64,000 bases of DNA from positions 28,088,001 to 28,152,000 of the forward strand of contig NC_058383.1 of the NCBI RefSeq assembly GCF_018350175.1, in the 5' to 3' direction. Made by a program: the position numbers and the translations under genes. Within the stretch, counting starts at the first letter, position 1. Every line of letters begins with the position of its first letter. The DNA comes from Felis catus (lineage: Eukaryota). The notes under the pieces were generated by a model. It did not search any database and was not told where the DNA came from. It saw only the letters and a list, made by a program, of their open reading frames with translations. Positions 11,923-26,900 of this stretch are shown here, piece after piece.

Positions 11923-14900
11923 AAAAAGACCAAAGGATACCTGTCAGCACACTGACCAGGATTATTTCTAGATGATGGGACTGTATCTGATTTTGTTTTC
12001 CCCCCAAAACAACTCCTGCCGTGAATGTGTATTATTTTTGTAAACAGGAAAACAGCAAATTAAGCAGAAGTAAATGCTACAGAGCCCACCCCCCTCTGAT
12101 TCAGAGAGCACATCCACTGTCTCCGCAAAGGGAGATTTGGAGGGAGACGCAAGGACTGTTTGGGAGCCACGGGCATCAGTTACCTGGCCGTCCCGGAGCA
12201 GGGGTGGGAAGTGGAAGAAGAGAGACTGGCCCAGGGAGACCGTGTGCATTGGGCTGTCGAGATTTTCACTTTTGTAAAGCTTTACCTGGAGAGGAGAAAC
12301 AAAGCAGGATGTGCTTTCGAAATTAAAACACAATCAACATTTCATTTCCAACACTGCGTTTCATCCTCGGGATAGCTCATCTGTTGCAGGGGAAAAGGAT
12401 CTTTGGAAACACGGATATTTGAAAGAGAAACCAGACACCCCCAACAGGAATACATAATGTGTTCCGCAATCACCTGAGCCTCCAGTTCCCTGACCTGCAT
12501 AGAAATGGAAGATTTTAAAATTGATTCCAGCGACTTTACGTTAATGTACAAAATGGTAACAGTTAGTATGAGGGCCACGTAAAAAGGAATAGCCTCTGAT
12601 ATAGCTATAATATGCTGGGCAAGTGACAGGCACTTTACACACATTGTCACCAATCCTGGCTCTGAACAGGCATCATTATTACCTCTAGGGAGGCCCAGAG
12701 CCTGCATCACCTAAAGGCGCACAACTTATTCGTGGTGGTGCCTGGGATTCAGCCCATGTCACTGAGGGTCTGGCCCACATAGCACTGCCTCTCCATCGGC
12801 TATACCCTCAACCCCACAAGTATTCCTTAAGTGCACGACACATTCCCATTTTGCATTTGGTTTTCCGGGCTGCTTCCGGAAGCAGTTCAGTCGTTTGTTT
12901 CTAGCCTTCCTTTCTCTCTGGCCTGTTCTTATTTTCTCTACCACAAGCAACGGGACGTGAGGAGGTACGGTCCCGCCTGACGCAGAAGGCTGTGGGGCTC
13001 GAGCCTGCACCCGCCACAGAAGAACGCCATGGCCGCCCCTCTCCAGGGCCCACGGCGACACTTTTCTATAGAACACACAAGTCACGAGGAGTTTTCCTAA
13101 AGTAAGCCACAGACTGGAGGCCTACGGGTCACATCCAAGACCACATATGTGTCCTTTTGCCCTACACAGTGTTCTAAGCAAAACTCAATTCATTGCCTGT
13201 TTTTACAAACCAAGTGATTTCAAATAACTCTAAGTTCCATCTTCTCTGGAACACTGGGAAGTGATGCCAACCCTGGGCCAGAGCTCCGACACGACAACCA
13301 TCCCACAGAGCCGAGGAGCGGTGGGTGCACCCTGCCCAGCCCTCTTCACCCTGGCGTTGCCCTGCCTGGCCCCCACGAGCAACATGCTTGCCACCCTGGA
13401 AGGAAGGGTGAGTTGAGAGGGGAGTTAAAACCTAAGCGCATATTCTCTCCCAAGTCAAACACATCACTGTACGTAAAATTATAAGCGCCTCTGAAAAATA
13501 CACCCTTGTGGCAATTCACTGACATTTTTCAAGGGATCGTAGGGCCTTATATAAACATTTCATTAACTGTAGACATGGAGATTTTGTTAGAACCTGAAGA
13601 CACCTTAAGAGGGTTTCACAGAGGAGAAACCAGCGGTCCAGGGGCATGAAGTGACTGCCCGTGGCAGCAGGGCAAGCAGGACACAGCTCAGACTGTCCGA
13701 CTCCTAGTCCCCTGCCCACACCTTCACGCTGGACAGAATTCTACAAGTTACAAGGCACTGTGCCCTAAAATCATGTCTCCACTTTCAACTCTAGGTCATA
13801 CTAAGCATTCGTTAGGTGTGTACCACAAAGCTTCCAAAGCTATATTTCTATGAATAGCTAAACAAAGTTATCTGAGAGTACGACCCCTCCTATGCTTCTC
13901 AGAGCCAAAAAGACCATAACAGTAAGAAGCTGGCCTTACCCATAATGTAGGGAGATACTCAGAGGAAGTGATCACGTTTCCACTCAGGTCGAATTGATTA
14001 ATCTGCCGGAAAACTATGATGTTTACATCATCGATGTCGTTATTGCCGACCTGGAAAGAGACCGGGAGCGTTGGCAGTGAGGAAGCTGGGAGGTGAACTT
14101 GCTGGGTGACGTCCCAGGAGCTATTTCAGAGCAAATTTCACTTCTTCAGTAAGGGGGCCAAGTTCACCAAGTCCAAGGGCACAAACCGACAGTGAGGAGG
14201 TAGGCTACGGCTGGCCCACAGACACAACTTGTTTGACGAGCACAGCATTTTTTTCCCCTAAATTTCAATTATCTTCTCCAACGTTTTAAGAGAGAAATTT
14301 CATACACAAAAAGAGCCAGGTTTTCTGGCCTCTCTTGGAAATAGAGAAAGATGTTCTTGCCTGGTAGCAATCATCAGGGGCTGAGCAACGGCTGTCCGGT
14401 GGGTGGGTGGGTGCCCTCCTGTTTGTGACTTTTTCGTATCTGCCGGGCCATGGTCCCCATGACCACCCGTGATCCTGGCCTTAGTTAGCCACCATGGCAG
14501 AGAAACACGCAATTTAAAGATGCAGCCATCACAGCCTGATGCCATAAAGACATGCATAAAGAAAATCCACTTCCCAGCCAAATGGTCCTACATGGCCCGC
14601 CACTCTCCTGACCCCCATAATCTTCGTGCCTAACACCCCCTAATCAAGCCACCAAGAGGCAGCCCCCCATCACACCCAAGCCCTCCAGTCTAGCAAGCGA
14701 GAGTTATTCCACAGGGAAAAAGCTTCACTTCAAATGATTCTCAGGCTGCTTCCCACGAGCTGCAGGGAGGGCTGCCTCTTTAGGGATCAATTAGCGAAGT
14801 CGTGATCAGGAATATCAAGAGACTCCACCCACCACATGGAAAAAGCAAGGTCATCTGGATATAAGGAGGTCCGACGGCCCCACCACCAATTAAGCCCGTG

Positions 14901-17900
14901 TTGTCTTTATTATCCTCCCTTGATCTGAAATGCCACTTAGACACTGAGCTCCTCAACTTGGAGGATAATGATCAGAGCTTGCAGGGAGACTGAAGAGACA
15001 ACAGCTCAAATTTCTCTGGATTCACGACAGCCATGCTGCTCATTAAAAGCCCGCAGGAGATGCTGCTTGTGAAGATGACACTATTCAAAGAGGACCCTTA
15101 ATTAGGGCCCAGAGCTCCCCCCGGCAAGAGATGAAAGGCAGGCAGCCAGAGAAGCACTGCAGGGTTTCTGCCGCGGAGCGCGGTGCCTTACCGCGATCTC
15201 CCGGTGGTGGGGGAGGGCCCGCTCGATGTGCTCGTTGCCTTCTGCCTTGAGCTGCACGTGGTACACACATCCCGGCTGCAAGCAAACGCAGGGGTCATGC
15301 CTCTCGAAAGGGGCTCGTCGCCTGGAACCTGACCTGCGCCTGCTCTGACCACAGGCCCTCAACGCGACCGCGATGCCATTTCCACCCCGTCGCCGGTCCC
15401 GGTCTGCGGCCTGTTAACCTGCTTAAGAGTCCCTTTTAAAAGCACCCTGATGAAGGAACATTTATCTCAAGGTCTGCAATTCCTTCAGTCCCCAAGGAAA
15501 ATTAGATTTGGCTTCCTATTCCAAAATCGTAAGCAAAATATGCTTATTTTGACAAAACTGTGCTTATAGGGCTGTCCACCCCCCACATACACGCAGGGTG
15601 TGGTATCTGCAACGACAACTCCCAAATGCTTACAATGCACACAATTTCTGGAAACTGAGATTTGAAATTTTTCTTTAAAAAAAAAAACTTGTTCTGGGGC
15701 ACCTGAGTGCCTCAGTCAGTTAAGCATCTGACTCTTGACTTCAGCTGAGGTCGTGATCTCATGATTCGTGGCTTCGAGCCCCGTGACAGGCTCTGTGCTG
15801 ATATGCAGAGCCTGCTTGGGATTCTCTCTCCCTCTCTCTGTGCCCCTCTCCTGCTCACATGAGCTCGCTCTCTCTCTGTCTCTCAAAATAAGTAATAAAC
15901 TTAAAAAAAATTTGTTCTTCCTAAAACTTTTTATTCTATTGCTCAAATTTATAGGTGTACATATTTACCAAATAAATCATTACTCTAAGAAAACTTTTAG
16001 AGCAACCGATTTCTGATCAATAGCACAAGTGACCTAATGACATGCTAGGATCTAAAGCATCAGGCCGAGGTCAGAGGTGTCTATGTGCAGCTAATGGGGG
16101 ACAACCCTAAGATACAACTGTTTATTTTTAAACCAGCGTGGATAATATGGTTCTGGTCTCCTAAAATAATGTGTGCTTTGATAGCTGTAGGGTGTGTTTT
16201 TTTGCCCTTTCAAGATTGCCTGTTTGGATATGCTGCCTGAACTACTTTATAATGACCACATGGCACCTTTACAAAGACGAAAAGCTATTGTTTTTTTAAA
16301 AAGTGAGAACACCTCTGTGATGGCCATAATCGTCAACACATTCATTGACTTTACAGCTCAGTGAGGACTGGCAGCATGGGGTTCAGTTCCAAATGGCCAC
16401 GTGTGCCCCAGAGGGCAAGGGACGTGAGTAATCACTTGGGAAGACAAAGGCACAGTCCTGCCCACTTGCTCACGCACCTGGGCCACCGGGAGCTCATCGG
16501 GGCAGCGGCTCCGTCCCACCCGGCTCCCTCCTCCCTCAGGACCCAGGCCGACCAACTCGGGGATTCACCTTCAGCCTCTGGCAGGGGTGTCTCGCCCCAG
16601 ATGTCCTGACAACGTGCCGGGAAAGGTGAAATGAAAGACCGGACCCTGACTAGGGTCAAAATCCCTAGGAAATCTTCAGCAAGGGCTCTCTAGCCCGGTG
16701 TCCTCTGGGAGACGGGCACACTCAATCCCAAACCCTCGCTGAGCAACGTCGAAGGCTGTCCCTCCAGCACCTGCGGCCTGGCATGTGGAAGGCGAGGGCT
16801 ACCACCAGGGCGACTCTAAAACCCACTGAGAGCGCTAATAAATTCACACCTATTAGGAGGGGGAGGGTGTCTCAGAGCATCAATTACAACAGAAATCTAT
16901 TGTGCTGGAGAAAGAAACTATGTTCGATTTAATTAAATAAAACGTGTGAAGATGGCGAGTTGAGAGCACGTCTGGGCCAGCAGGACACTGGGGAACCCAG
17001 AAGGGGAGGGAGAATTCGCGTTCCTGCAACCATGAGAGGGAGGTAAGCCGAGAACACGGAGTCCGCCCCGGGGAAGGGAGGCTCCCCTAGGCCCGACCTG
17101 CACAGGCCCCCACGCAGACCCCATCTCACACTGCTGCCTCACAAAGCTGCACACCGAAACCCCAGCCGGCAGTGACGGTGAGGACCGCCTCGAGGAAAGT
17201 CTTGCTTGCTGTTGCTCATTAACTACTAGCTGAGTCTCCGTGCCAGGACCACTGCGTGTGCTACACGTATCAACTTACTTACACTTACACCTGTCCTATG
17301 TCACACTCATCCTCACAAAGATGACAAGACAGATACAGAAAGGAAAAAACCTTGCCTGAACGTAAACAGCTAAGAAATGACAGAGGCAGGCCTCAAACCC
17401 AGGCAGATGGGAGCAGAAGGGCGTCTGCACAGCCTTTAAAAAAGGACAAAACTACAAAGGCGGGGCTTGCACCGAACGCATAAGACCAAGGACCTGGCTC
17501 CCACGACATGTCCCCTCTCCCTGGGCCCTGGCTGCAGCAGCATACAGCTATGGAACACCCCTGCTGGCCTGTGTATTCTCTGTGGGAAGCAGGCCTGGAG
17601 GACAGCAGAGAGCAGGTCCCAGTGGCAGCATGTTCCTCGGGGGCAGGGCCTTCCCACACAGCGGAGGACAGCTAGGAAGGAGCATCTCAGGAAGGCCTGT
17701 GTGGACTCCTAAGGATGGCAAGGTAACTGTCACCTTGATGCCGCTGGTGAGGACACGCGGGAGAGAAGGAGCAGTGGGCAGAGTGCGGTGTGGGGAGCCC
17801 CCCCAGTCGGTGTGCATCCAGCTGGACCATCGGAACATACGTATTCCAGTCCTCAGCACAACCAGGGAAGACACCCCCGAGTCCGTCCTCCTCCTTCGGC

Positions 17901-20900
17901 TTGAACGCCTCCAGCTCACCAGGAAACCTTGCAACCTGCCTCCCAGGTACCCCAACATCTGACACTGGGGAGTCCTGGACAATGGACGGGAGTATTTTTG
18001 TTTTGGGGAAAGAATAGCTTTGCCCCAACATATCAAATGGTTTATTTTTAACATTTATTTATTTTTGAGACAGAGCATGAGTGGGGAGGAGAGAGAGAGG
18101 GAGACACAGAATCGGAAGCAGGCTCTAGGCTCTGAGCCATCAGCACAGAGCTCAATGTGGGGCTCAAACTCACAAACCGGGAGATCACGACCTGAGCCGA
18201 AGTCAGATGCTTAACCGACTGAGCCACCTAGGTGTCCTGCCCCAACGTCTCTAAATCAACTGGCAAGCTGCTTCACATGCGAGCTCATGTGATTTGGACA
18301 AACATTACCCTTCTGTGGAGCTATGTGCGCCTGTCTCTACGTGAACTATGAATACCCAGTCCGTGCATCTGAGAGCCCAGGGGCCCCACCACAGATCCAA
18401 GTGGCCCAGTCCAGCAGGTGCTGTCCAACCCTGCCAGTGACCACACGGTACACAGGTAAGGTCTGCTAAATGAGCAAATGAATGAATGCACACATAAAAA
18501 CTGAAGACAAAGCACCATAAACCCTAAACTGAATGCTGCAATTGAGGAGTGAGAAGGACAAATGAGTTGTATGGACACACAAAGAAGTTGTGGGTTTGTG
18601 GTTTTTTTTTTTTTAATTAGTTGTTAACACCTAGAAATCAGGAGCTTTCACACGGAAATCTAAACTTGTGACTTCCCTTTTAACAATGCAAAGGATCTGG
18701 CAGCCCCGAGTCTGTCTTCCCACATGGCTACAGAGAGCTGGGGTTCAGTGGCAGCTGCCCCCTCTCGAGTTCACCAGCCCCGCGTGTGCACCCAGCACCC
18801 TTCAGCCATTCACAGGTCTCTTCTGGCCCCACAGGCATTTGGCGTGAGAGCCCCTGCTTAAGCCGTAACCACTCGATGCAGGCAACAGCTGCTCCCAACC
18901 CACTGTTTCCCAACTTTAATTTGCCACAAAACCCCAACCCAATGTGTCAGCTCCGTGAAAGGTAAGCTGTGCCAGTTAAGATACGGAAGGACGCTTCCAG
19001 AGCCCTAACCCCGCAGCCCCAACCCCCCTGCCCAGCCTGTTCCTAGCCGTCTTGGGGGCAGGCACCACAAGGCAGCTGTCAACAACACAGTGTGCAGACA
19101 CCCACTAATAAAAGATGTCCAGTCTCACCAGCAATCCACGAAGTCTGAACTTGCCCTCCTCATCTGTCACGGTGTCTTCTCCGTAAATACTGCAGTCGTT
19201 CTGTCCCACGGCTTCCACGGCCACACCCTGTTCTGGTTCTCCGTTTAAAGAAGAAACCGTACCATAGCAACTAGAATGGTGAGAGACAGAGCATGATATG
19301 CCCGGGGTTTTCTGAAGCACACAAAGGATTTGAGGTAAAGCGTCCTGCCTTTACTGACAATTCACAGTGCAAAGCAGTCCGGTGGGGAAGTGCACCTCGA
19401 TGAGCCAAGGGGATTCGGTTCTGGCCTTGTCACTTCCAATCCGGCCTTCCTGCCCGAAGGCCCGAGCCTGCCTGCACGCTGCCATCAGTTTCTCTCCTGG
19501 TACGTTTTAACGGACGCTCCAGGAAATTACAATTAATGGAGGCCAAGCCTTGTTTTATTCCGCTTTACCTTGCTTTCATTAAGTTTTGTTTCAAATAACG
19601 AAGCATCCCATGAAATGCAACGAAAACAGTTTCTCATTCTCCACACTCGTTTGAAAATGGCCCATTTTCCTAAACTTCTGATCAGCCAATCTTCATCTCA
19701 AGCGCTCTTGCGACTGTTTACAAATACGTACGGTGTGTGTATGAATACCTTTCCGGCTACATACGGCTAACAGAGCTAATGTATGGCGTGTCGTACGCGT
19801 GTACGAGTATCTGTGTAAACCATCTCTGGAAGCGCTCTGACACACCGCAAAACCTGATGTGCTGAAACAAGGAAGGGGAACCGAACGTTTTACACTCTCG
19901 CCAACATTCTGCAGCCTTACTCCAGTGAGTTCATTTCCTTGTTTTAAAAATTTAATTTGAGTGTCAAGCTCTTGTACAAATAAAATTTTTAAGCAACTAA
20001 ATGGGCACTCTCAGGCCAACTTCAGAATAGGAACTTCGTGACAGAATCGCTGATTTGGAGGGATCTGAAGAAAACAGGCAGCCGTCAAAACTCTCTGGGC
20101 CTGGTCTCTTATCACCTCTGCCTCCCAAGTGAAACCCAAATGCAGGCTGGGTGGAGGCTCTGGGTCACGGAGGCCTGAGTGGGGCTCCAGATCCCGGGCC
20201 TGGGGGACAGGGACAGGCAGGCTGCGTACCTGTAGGCCGTTCGGTACCCGGTGACGGAGATCTTTAAGTTCTGCCCCTCCTGCACCTCGATCATTTGTGA
20301 GGACGGCTCAAACCGGAACTCCTTCATCATGGGTTTGAAGTAATACTGGCCAGGGCTCTGTGGAGAGACACCCACGGACTGAGCCTCTGCTGCCCCATCT
20401 ACATATGGCTTCACACGGGGCGACTAAAGCCAGCAGGGACCAGAATTCGGCCACCAGAGCCCCAGGGCTTCCTATGCAGACAAAAATGGTGACTCTGCCT
20501 CTCGAGGAAATGGTTACATGAAGCAATTACAACTCTAATAGCAGCCAGCATCACGTGCCTTTAATTCAGCGAGGCAGAAATCAATTTGAATTTTATGAAT
20601 GAAGAAACTGAGGCTCAGAGAGGTCAAGTAACTCCCCTGAGATGACACAGTACATAAGCAGCGGAGGGAAGATTCGTGGCTGGGTGTGCATCAGTGCACA
20701 GCACATGACCTTTCAGATACGCCTCGCTGCCTGTGTGCGACGTCCCTGGAGCAGTCCCTTTGCACCCAGGCCTCACAGAATGGCCAGCTAACGTGTACTT
20801 GCTGAGTCCCCACCACTCAGGGCCTCAGGTTACATCCGGAATGAAACGCTGCCATCCTCCCATCATGGGGAACACGGTTTGCAGAACAAACACAAGCGAG

Positions 20901-23900
20901 CCACCAAATAAGACTCGGCATTGTAAACAACGCGATGTTGTGGTCAAACAAAGGGATGCCTAGGAGAGGAGCCGCTGAGGCCACGGTAATTAATTACGCT
21001 GTCTTAGTGACAAGCCGGTGGCCAGAAAACAAGTGTGTGCGGAAGGGAACAAGAATTGGCAGCATTAAGTTCTAGTAAGAGCAATACCCTAGTTATATTT
21101 GGTCCCCTAAGAAACGTGCAGCACTCGACGCTGCTCTTCTGTTCTCAGGTTGTCAAGCGATACCTAAGTCACGCAAGCCATGTCCCTGCTCCCGTGTGGG
21201 AACATGGGCAGGTGGCACATTACGGGATACTTTACCAGGTTTGAGAACGTCAGAATGCCATTGTCCTGAGTCAAGAGGTTGGATCGAAAAACACCACCAC
21301 TGAGGGACAAGAGGACCCCGGGGAGGGGCTGGTCATCTTCCGCCTTTATCTGGGGGCAAGAAAGAACAGCAGAGCAAGGGCAACTCCGTTAGCCACTGGA
21401 GGTAACATTTCAAAAGTCAAGAGGCAATTCTTCTGGGTTGTTTTTCTCTTATTGTTATCCATCGGTAGACAGAAGGTCTACTCTTCGTCCCCAGGGGTAA
21501 CTAATGTTAATAGTTTGGTACGTCGCCTTCCAGAACGGCTTCTACGCCCACATAAACGTGCAAACATTACAGCTGGCGCTGACCGACTGGCAAGTTTACA
21601 GCAGGGAGGGTGGGCAGGTGGCCCAAGCTCTGCACCTGCTGCTTCTCTCAAGTACAGATCCCGGCCTCCCTCCCCTGCCGGGCCACATATCTACCGCACT
21701 GTGTCTTAATGCACATCATCCTAAAGCAGGGGGCGGCCGAGCTCTGCATGAAGACCAGCCACCTACTTCTGTGATAGGAAAGGAGACGATCGAGACTTCC
21801 TGGAACATGTGTTCCTTGTGCACTTGTTTGCCTCTGTTCCTGGGAGTAGAACTGTTGGATGTTGTGCACTTTGAATTCAGATAGACACCCCCACATTGCA
21901 CACCAAAGCGGCCATAACCAGTTACAGTTCCATGAATTATCTATGCATGGGAAAATACACGCAAAAAAATGGATACTGTCTGAATCACTGCAAATCTAAG
22001 CTACATCCCAGTGTTTCCATGGTAATTCCTTCAGTCACTTCTGAAGTTGGGCATTTCTTCTAGTTTATCAGCCACCGGTATTGCTTCTGTAAACTGCCTT
22101 TTCATATACTTTGTGGTTCTTATTTCTATCAAATTGTCTTTTTCTTATCAATTTTAAGAGTTCCTTATCATCTTGGGTATTTCTCATGATATAAAGATTC
22201 CTTCCTGGTTTGAATGTCTTTTAATTTGCTTTAGAAATGAATCCTGCGTCGGGGCGCCTGGGTGGCTCAGTTGGTTAAGCATCTGACTTCAACTCAGGTC
22301 ATGATCTCACCATTCCTGAGTTCGAGCCCCGCCTTAGGCTCAGAGCCTGGAGCCTGCTTCAGATTCTGTGTCTCCCTCTCTCTCCTCCCCTCCTCCACTA
22401 ACACTCTGTCTCTCTCTCAAAAATAAACAAACATTAAAAAAAAATTATCAAAAAAAAATGCATCCTGTGCTACAGAATTTGAAATCTGTATGTGATGTAA
22501 TCTGTCCTTCTTTTCCTTGAGACTTCCTCTATGTTGAAAATATTCACACTCAAGGACCTCCATACTCACTCCGGGCACCACACACTTCTTCCCAGGAAGG
22601 ATGGTTAAGAAGAGAGGGACATCAAATACTGCTACAGGAACATTCTGTCCTTTTCCACAGGACACAGTTAAGGATGAGAGTTTTAAGCACTTCCCAAAAG
22701 GTAGGCAAACAAGCTAAAGTCAACAGGTCTCCAAATTATGCTGAGTGAAAGAAGGCCTCCCCAAAGGAGTACATCCTATATGGTTCCATTTGTGTCAAAC
22801 GCTAGAAAATGCAAACTAATCCGCAGTGACAGAAAGCAGACCAGATGAGCAGGGAGATGGGGAGAGAGGGGGTACCAAGGGGTACGAGCACACTGAGCAG
22901 CGTGCCTGACTGTCACTATACTCCCGGGTGCACCTGTGTATGTTGAAACTAGCAAATTATATGCTTTAAGTGCAGTTTATCATACGCCAATTATAACTCA
23001 ATAAAACCACTTTTCGAAAACGTAAGGGTTACCTCAAAGCTTACGCCGGCCAAAGCATAAGCCTTAAAGTCTCCTATGGTTCCCTCGACCGCGGTCAAAA
23101 CGTAGCCTTCCTTCTGCGAGGATACCGTGTACTCCAGGTCACTGTGCAGGGGCCCGACGCTAAACAAAAGAAAGCAAGAGCCCGCTGGAGATGGCTGCAC
23201 TTCACGCCTGCAGGAGGCCTCGCCGGCCCCACGGACACCTGCTCCCAAGCATGTGCTTTGTCACGGGCTTACCTATAGGCACCTTTGTCATCAGTGAAGA
23301 CTGTGATCAGGGGTGAGCTCGCCCCCTTTTCACTGATGACGATCTCGACTCCCTCCAACTCCGGGTGTATCTGGCCTTCCAGAAATAAGCCTGCTTTCCC
23401 GTGGATCTCAATCAGCTTCCCTGGGCAACTTTCTAAAGAGGGAACAAATAGAAGAACGGGACTTAGCTGCAGTGGGATGGGGCCATTTTGGAAGGGGGCT
23501 TCCCGTTAAAGAAGGGCTTGAAACTGAGATATATGAAGCTAGTTCCAAAGGAGGCTGTTCACTATATATATCAGAAGCCTCAGTAATTGGGTGGCCCACA
23601 CCTCCCTCCATTCCTGAAAGAGTTTGCTCAATGGCCAGGAGCGTGAGCACACAAATCTAACAAGGCTGGGTTCTCACTACCCCTCTGTCCACTGTCACAA
23701 GGACTTTCTGGTGGAGGAGAGGCTGTGTGCAGCTGGACCCGGTGGGGAAGACCACCCCAAACAAAACGCCCGCTGGGAAGCCGCACTATTCAATATGCTC
23801 TCCTGCCAAACACAAACTGCATAAATGCCCAGGATCCACTGAACCCATGACGCTAGAGAAAACTGTTGGAAGCCAAAAGACAAATACCCCACCAGCAGTC

Positions 23901-26900
23901 ACTTTAAATTGTCCAGTCCCAAAAAGACCCTCTCTCGCTCCTACCAACAGATACACACACCATCAACAGTTCACACATATGATGCCTAAAGCTCTCATTT
24001 CAGCACCGGATGGTTTTGCTTTTCACCTACCTTTCAGTAACAAACTAAAAACATCAGGGAAAAAAGTAATCCTTCCTCAGAAAGATCACCCAACTTCTAA
24101 TAACCACAGTAACTTTCGGGACACCTGGGTGCTCAGTCGGTTGAGTGTCCGACTTTGGCTCAGGTCATGATCTCACGGTTCGTGAGTTCGAGCCCCGCAT
24201 CGGGCTCTGTGCTGTCAGCACAGAGCCTGGATTCGGCTTCAGATTCTGTGTCTCCCTCTCTCTCTGCCCCTCCCCTGTTTGCACTCTGTCTCTCTCTCTA
24301 TCAAAAATAAACACTAAATAAATAAATAAATAAATAAATAACCAGTTACTTTCACGGACTGAGACGATCCATTCACTCAGCCACTCACCAAACGGTAACA
24401 GCTATGTGCCAGTGCCAACGGGGATTATAAGGAGCCCTACAAAGATGGTTTCACTGTAACAACCACACAAAATAAATTTTTAAATGCAGGTAAAAGAAAC
24501 GGTGAACTGCAGAGATGTGTCACTGGCTCACCGAGTTGACACTTACCTCCGCTGACAGTGGCTTCCATGGACGGGGGATAGAAGAGTAGCTCTTTAGAGG
24601 AGGGTGTGACGGTGATTTTCTCTCCAGACCTAAAACAATGAAAATACTTCCATTTGGTTGGTTTTGCCCTCGGTTAGGAAGGGTATGGGAAGAGAGGACG
24701 CCGTAGAGAGAGAGCTCACCGTGCCCAGTAAGAGAAGTCATAGGAGAAGGGGCCTTGCAACTCGTCGACCATCTCCTGCGCGGGGGGTTTGGTCCTTCCT
24801 TCCCCAGCGTCGTCCTTGCCGTTCTTCTCCCTCTCCTGCCGGCGGCTCTCGATCTCGGCCAGCTGTTGCTCCCTCCGCAGCTCCTGCACGGACTTCAGGG
24901 GGCCCAGGACCAAGGCGGGTTCACTGTCTATGGAAGATCTGGAAGAAAGGAAGGAGCAGCCTAGAGCATGTGGTCACTTACCCCCCCCCACGGTCGGTGG
25001 GAACCGGACATTTCTAGAAGGAGTCACCCGTCAGTAAAAGCCTGACCGCCTTCTGATGCCACCCCAGCGGCACACTCTGCTCCTGTTCTGCATCAACGAA
25101 TCGCTTTCCAAAAAATAAAAACTGAACTTCTTTGTGACAGTAGCAGTATCTAGTAGGTCCAGGGAACCAGTAACCAGGACAGATGACATTCCCTAACCAT
25201 GTGGAATCCACATTCCAGGGGGGAGAGACAGACAATAAAGAGAAAATGATGTCAGACTGAATACAAGGGAGTAAAATAAAGCACTGTGGAAGGAGACTGT
25301 GCTGGCAGCGTGGGGGCGCTGTTCTTTACCAGACTCCCGGGGTGGGGAGTGTGTTGGGCAAGGAAATGCGAAGTAAAAAGCCCTTGGAGCCTCGGGGGCA
25401 GCTCCCCTGCCATGCCCAGGGGACAGCAAGGAGACTGAGGTAGCCTGGGCAGCGGACCCAGGGAAGAGTCAGATGTGTCAGAGGGTCCAGGGGGAGCAGG
25501 TGTCAGACCCTGGATTTCATTCTGGGTGGGATGGAGAGCCACTGGAGTTGTAAGCGGAGGAATGACAACGTCCCTACTTTAAAAGCCTCTGGCTTCTTCA
25601 CAGAGAACACAGTCAGGAAGCAAGAGCCCATACAGGAAAGCCAGGCAGGATGGCCGTGGCAAGGATCCAGGCAAGAGACAGTGGATGGGACCAGAGTACC
25701 GAGGCAGCGTGCTGAGAAGGGACAAGATGATGGGCATATTTCAACTGCAAAGCCAAGGATCTGCACGTGGACTGGCTGGGTACGGATGCAGGGGACAGAA
25801 GAGTTGAGAACCATCAAGAAAGATGACAAAGGGTAGGTCTGTGGAGGGCGACAACCAGGAGTCCGGTTTGGGAGCCGGGGAGCACAAGATCCCCATGAGG
25901 GATCCAGGTGGTCCTGTCCAGCTGAAACATGCATCTTCTACAATCCCCAGCACAAGCAACCAAAACAAAACCCCCCTCCGAGGTTTCAAAGATATATTCA
26001 ATAAAGGCTGAAAATAAGGTAATACACGGTCGCTACTGGTCCGACCAATAATTGCTACTTTCCAAGCAGGAGGAGGGTAAAAGGCACTCTTCCAGCACCA
26101 GGCAGCGCCCTGGGCCCACCAGGAACATGCCCAAGTCCTTTGCCTAGACCCCTGGCCGCCCTGGGGAATGGGACACCCCTTCAATCCACTCCCCTCAGCC
26201 AGGAGCCGAGGGCCGTCCCCGACACTCGTCCCGCCTGACCCCACTGGTCGGCGATGCCACGTGCTGTCAACTCCATCTCCTCGACAGCCCCCCCAGGCAT
26301 CCACTGCTCTCCAGCCCCACTACCGTGCATCTGGCCGAACCTCCACTGACTCCCACCTACACCCCTGAGAGGGCCTCCGCCCCCTGCCTCATGCGGCTTC
26401 TTCTGTGTGTCCACTCAGCAGCCAGGGGGATCTTTGTGAAGCATAAACACCATCCCTCTACTTAAACACATCACAGTGTCTGTGCGACAATGCTGAGACC
26501 CTTAACTCGGGCTGGCCCTACGGGGCCTACCTCCCCCCCACACACATCCCAAGCATCCACGGGGTCCAATTCAAAGCCCTCATCATAGGTGCAACCTCAC
26601 AGCCCTGCGCGTGACGCCTGGACCACTGTCTGTGTCCCCCGTGAGACCGTGGCTGTGCCTGAGCACTGAAGAACTCTCAACATTTGCGCAGGGGTGGATG
26701 AGCTGAAAAGGCGGAGGACTGACAGACGGACAAAAAGTTGAGGTCGCTTAAGGTAAGGAGGGGGAAAATTACTCAGATTTCCATTTTCTGGCACAAAGAT
26801 GATCATGTTGCCAAAAACTCTTTTCATTTCTCGAGGAACTTACAGTGTCGGGCATCTAACACCTCACCACACAGCAAAAATTCCTCTCAAAGAGGACGTT

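Noticed and set aside
17393..18054. Cluster of 70-168-aa ORFs in intron 25
   Set aside because: No homology recognised, no consistent splice structure, and NOMO1 is complete without them
21223..21230. GTATCCCG just after the exon 23 donor as a U12-type 5' splice site
   Set aside because: Deviates from GTATCCTT, lies 5 nt out of frame, and the canonical GTAAAG donor gives the correct frame
25503..26304. 143-aa and 187-aa minus-strand ORFs
   Set aside because: Overlap L2-like decayed repeats; composition looks random
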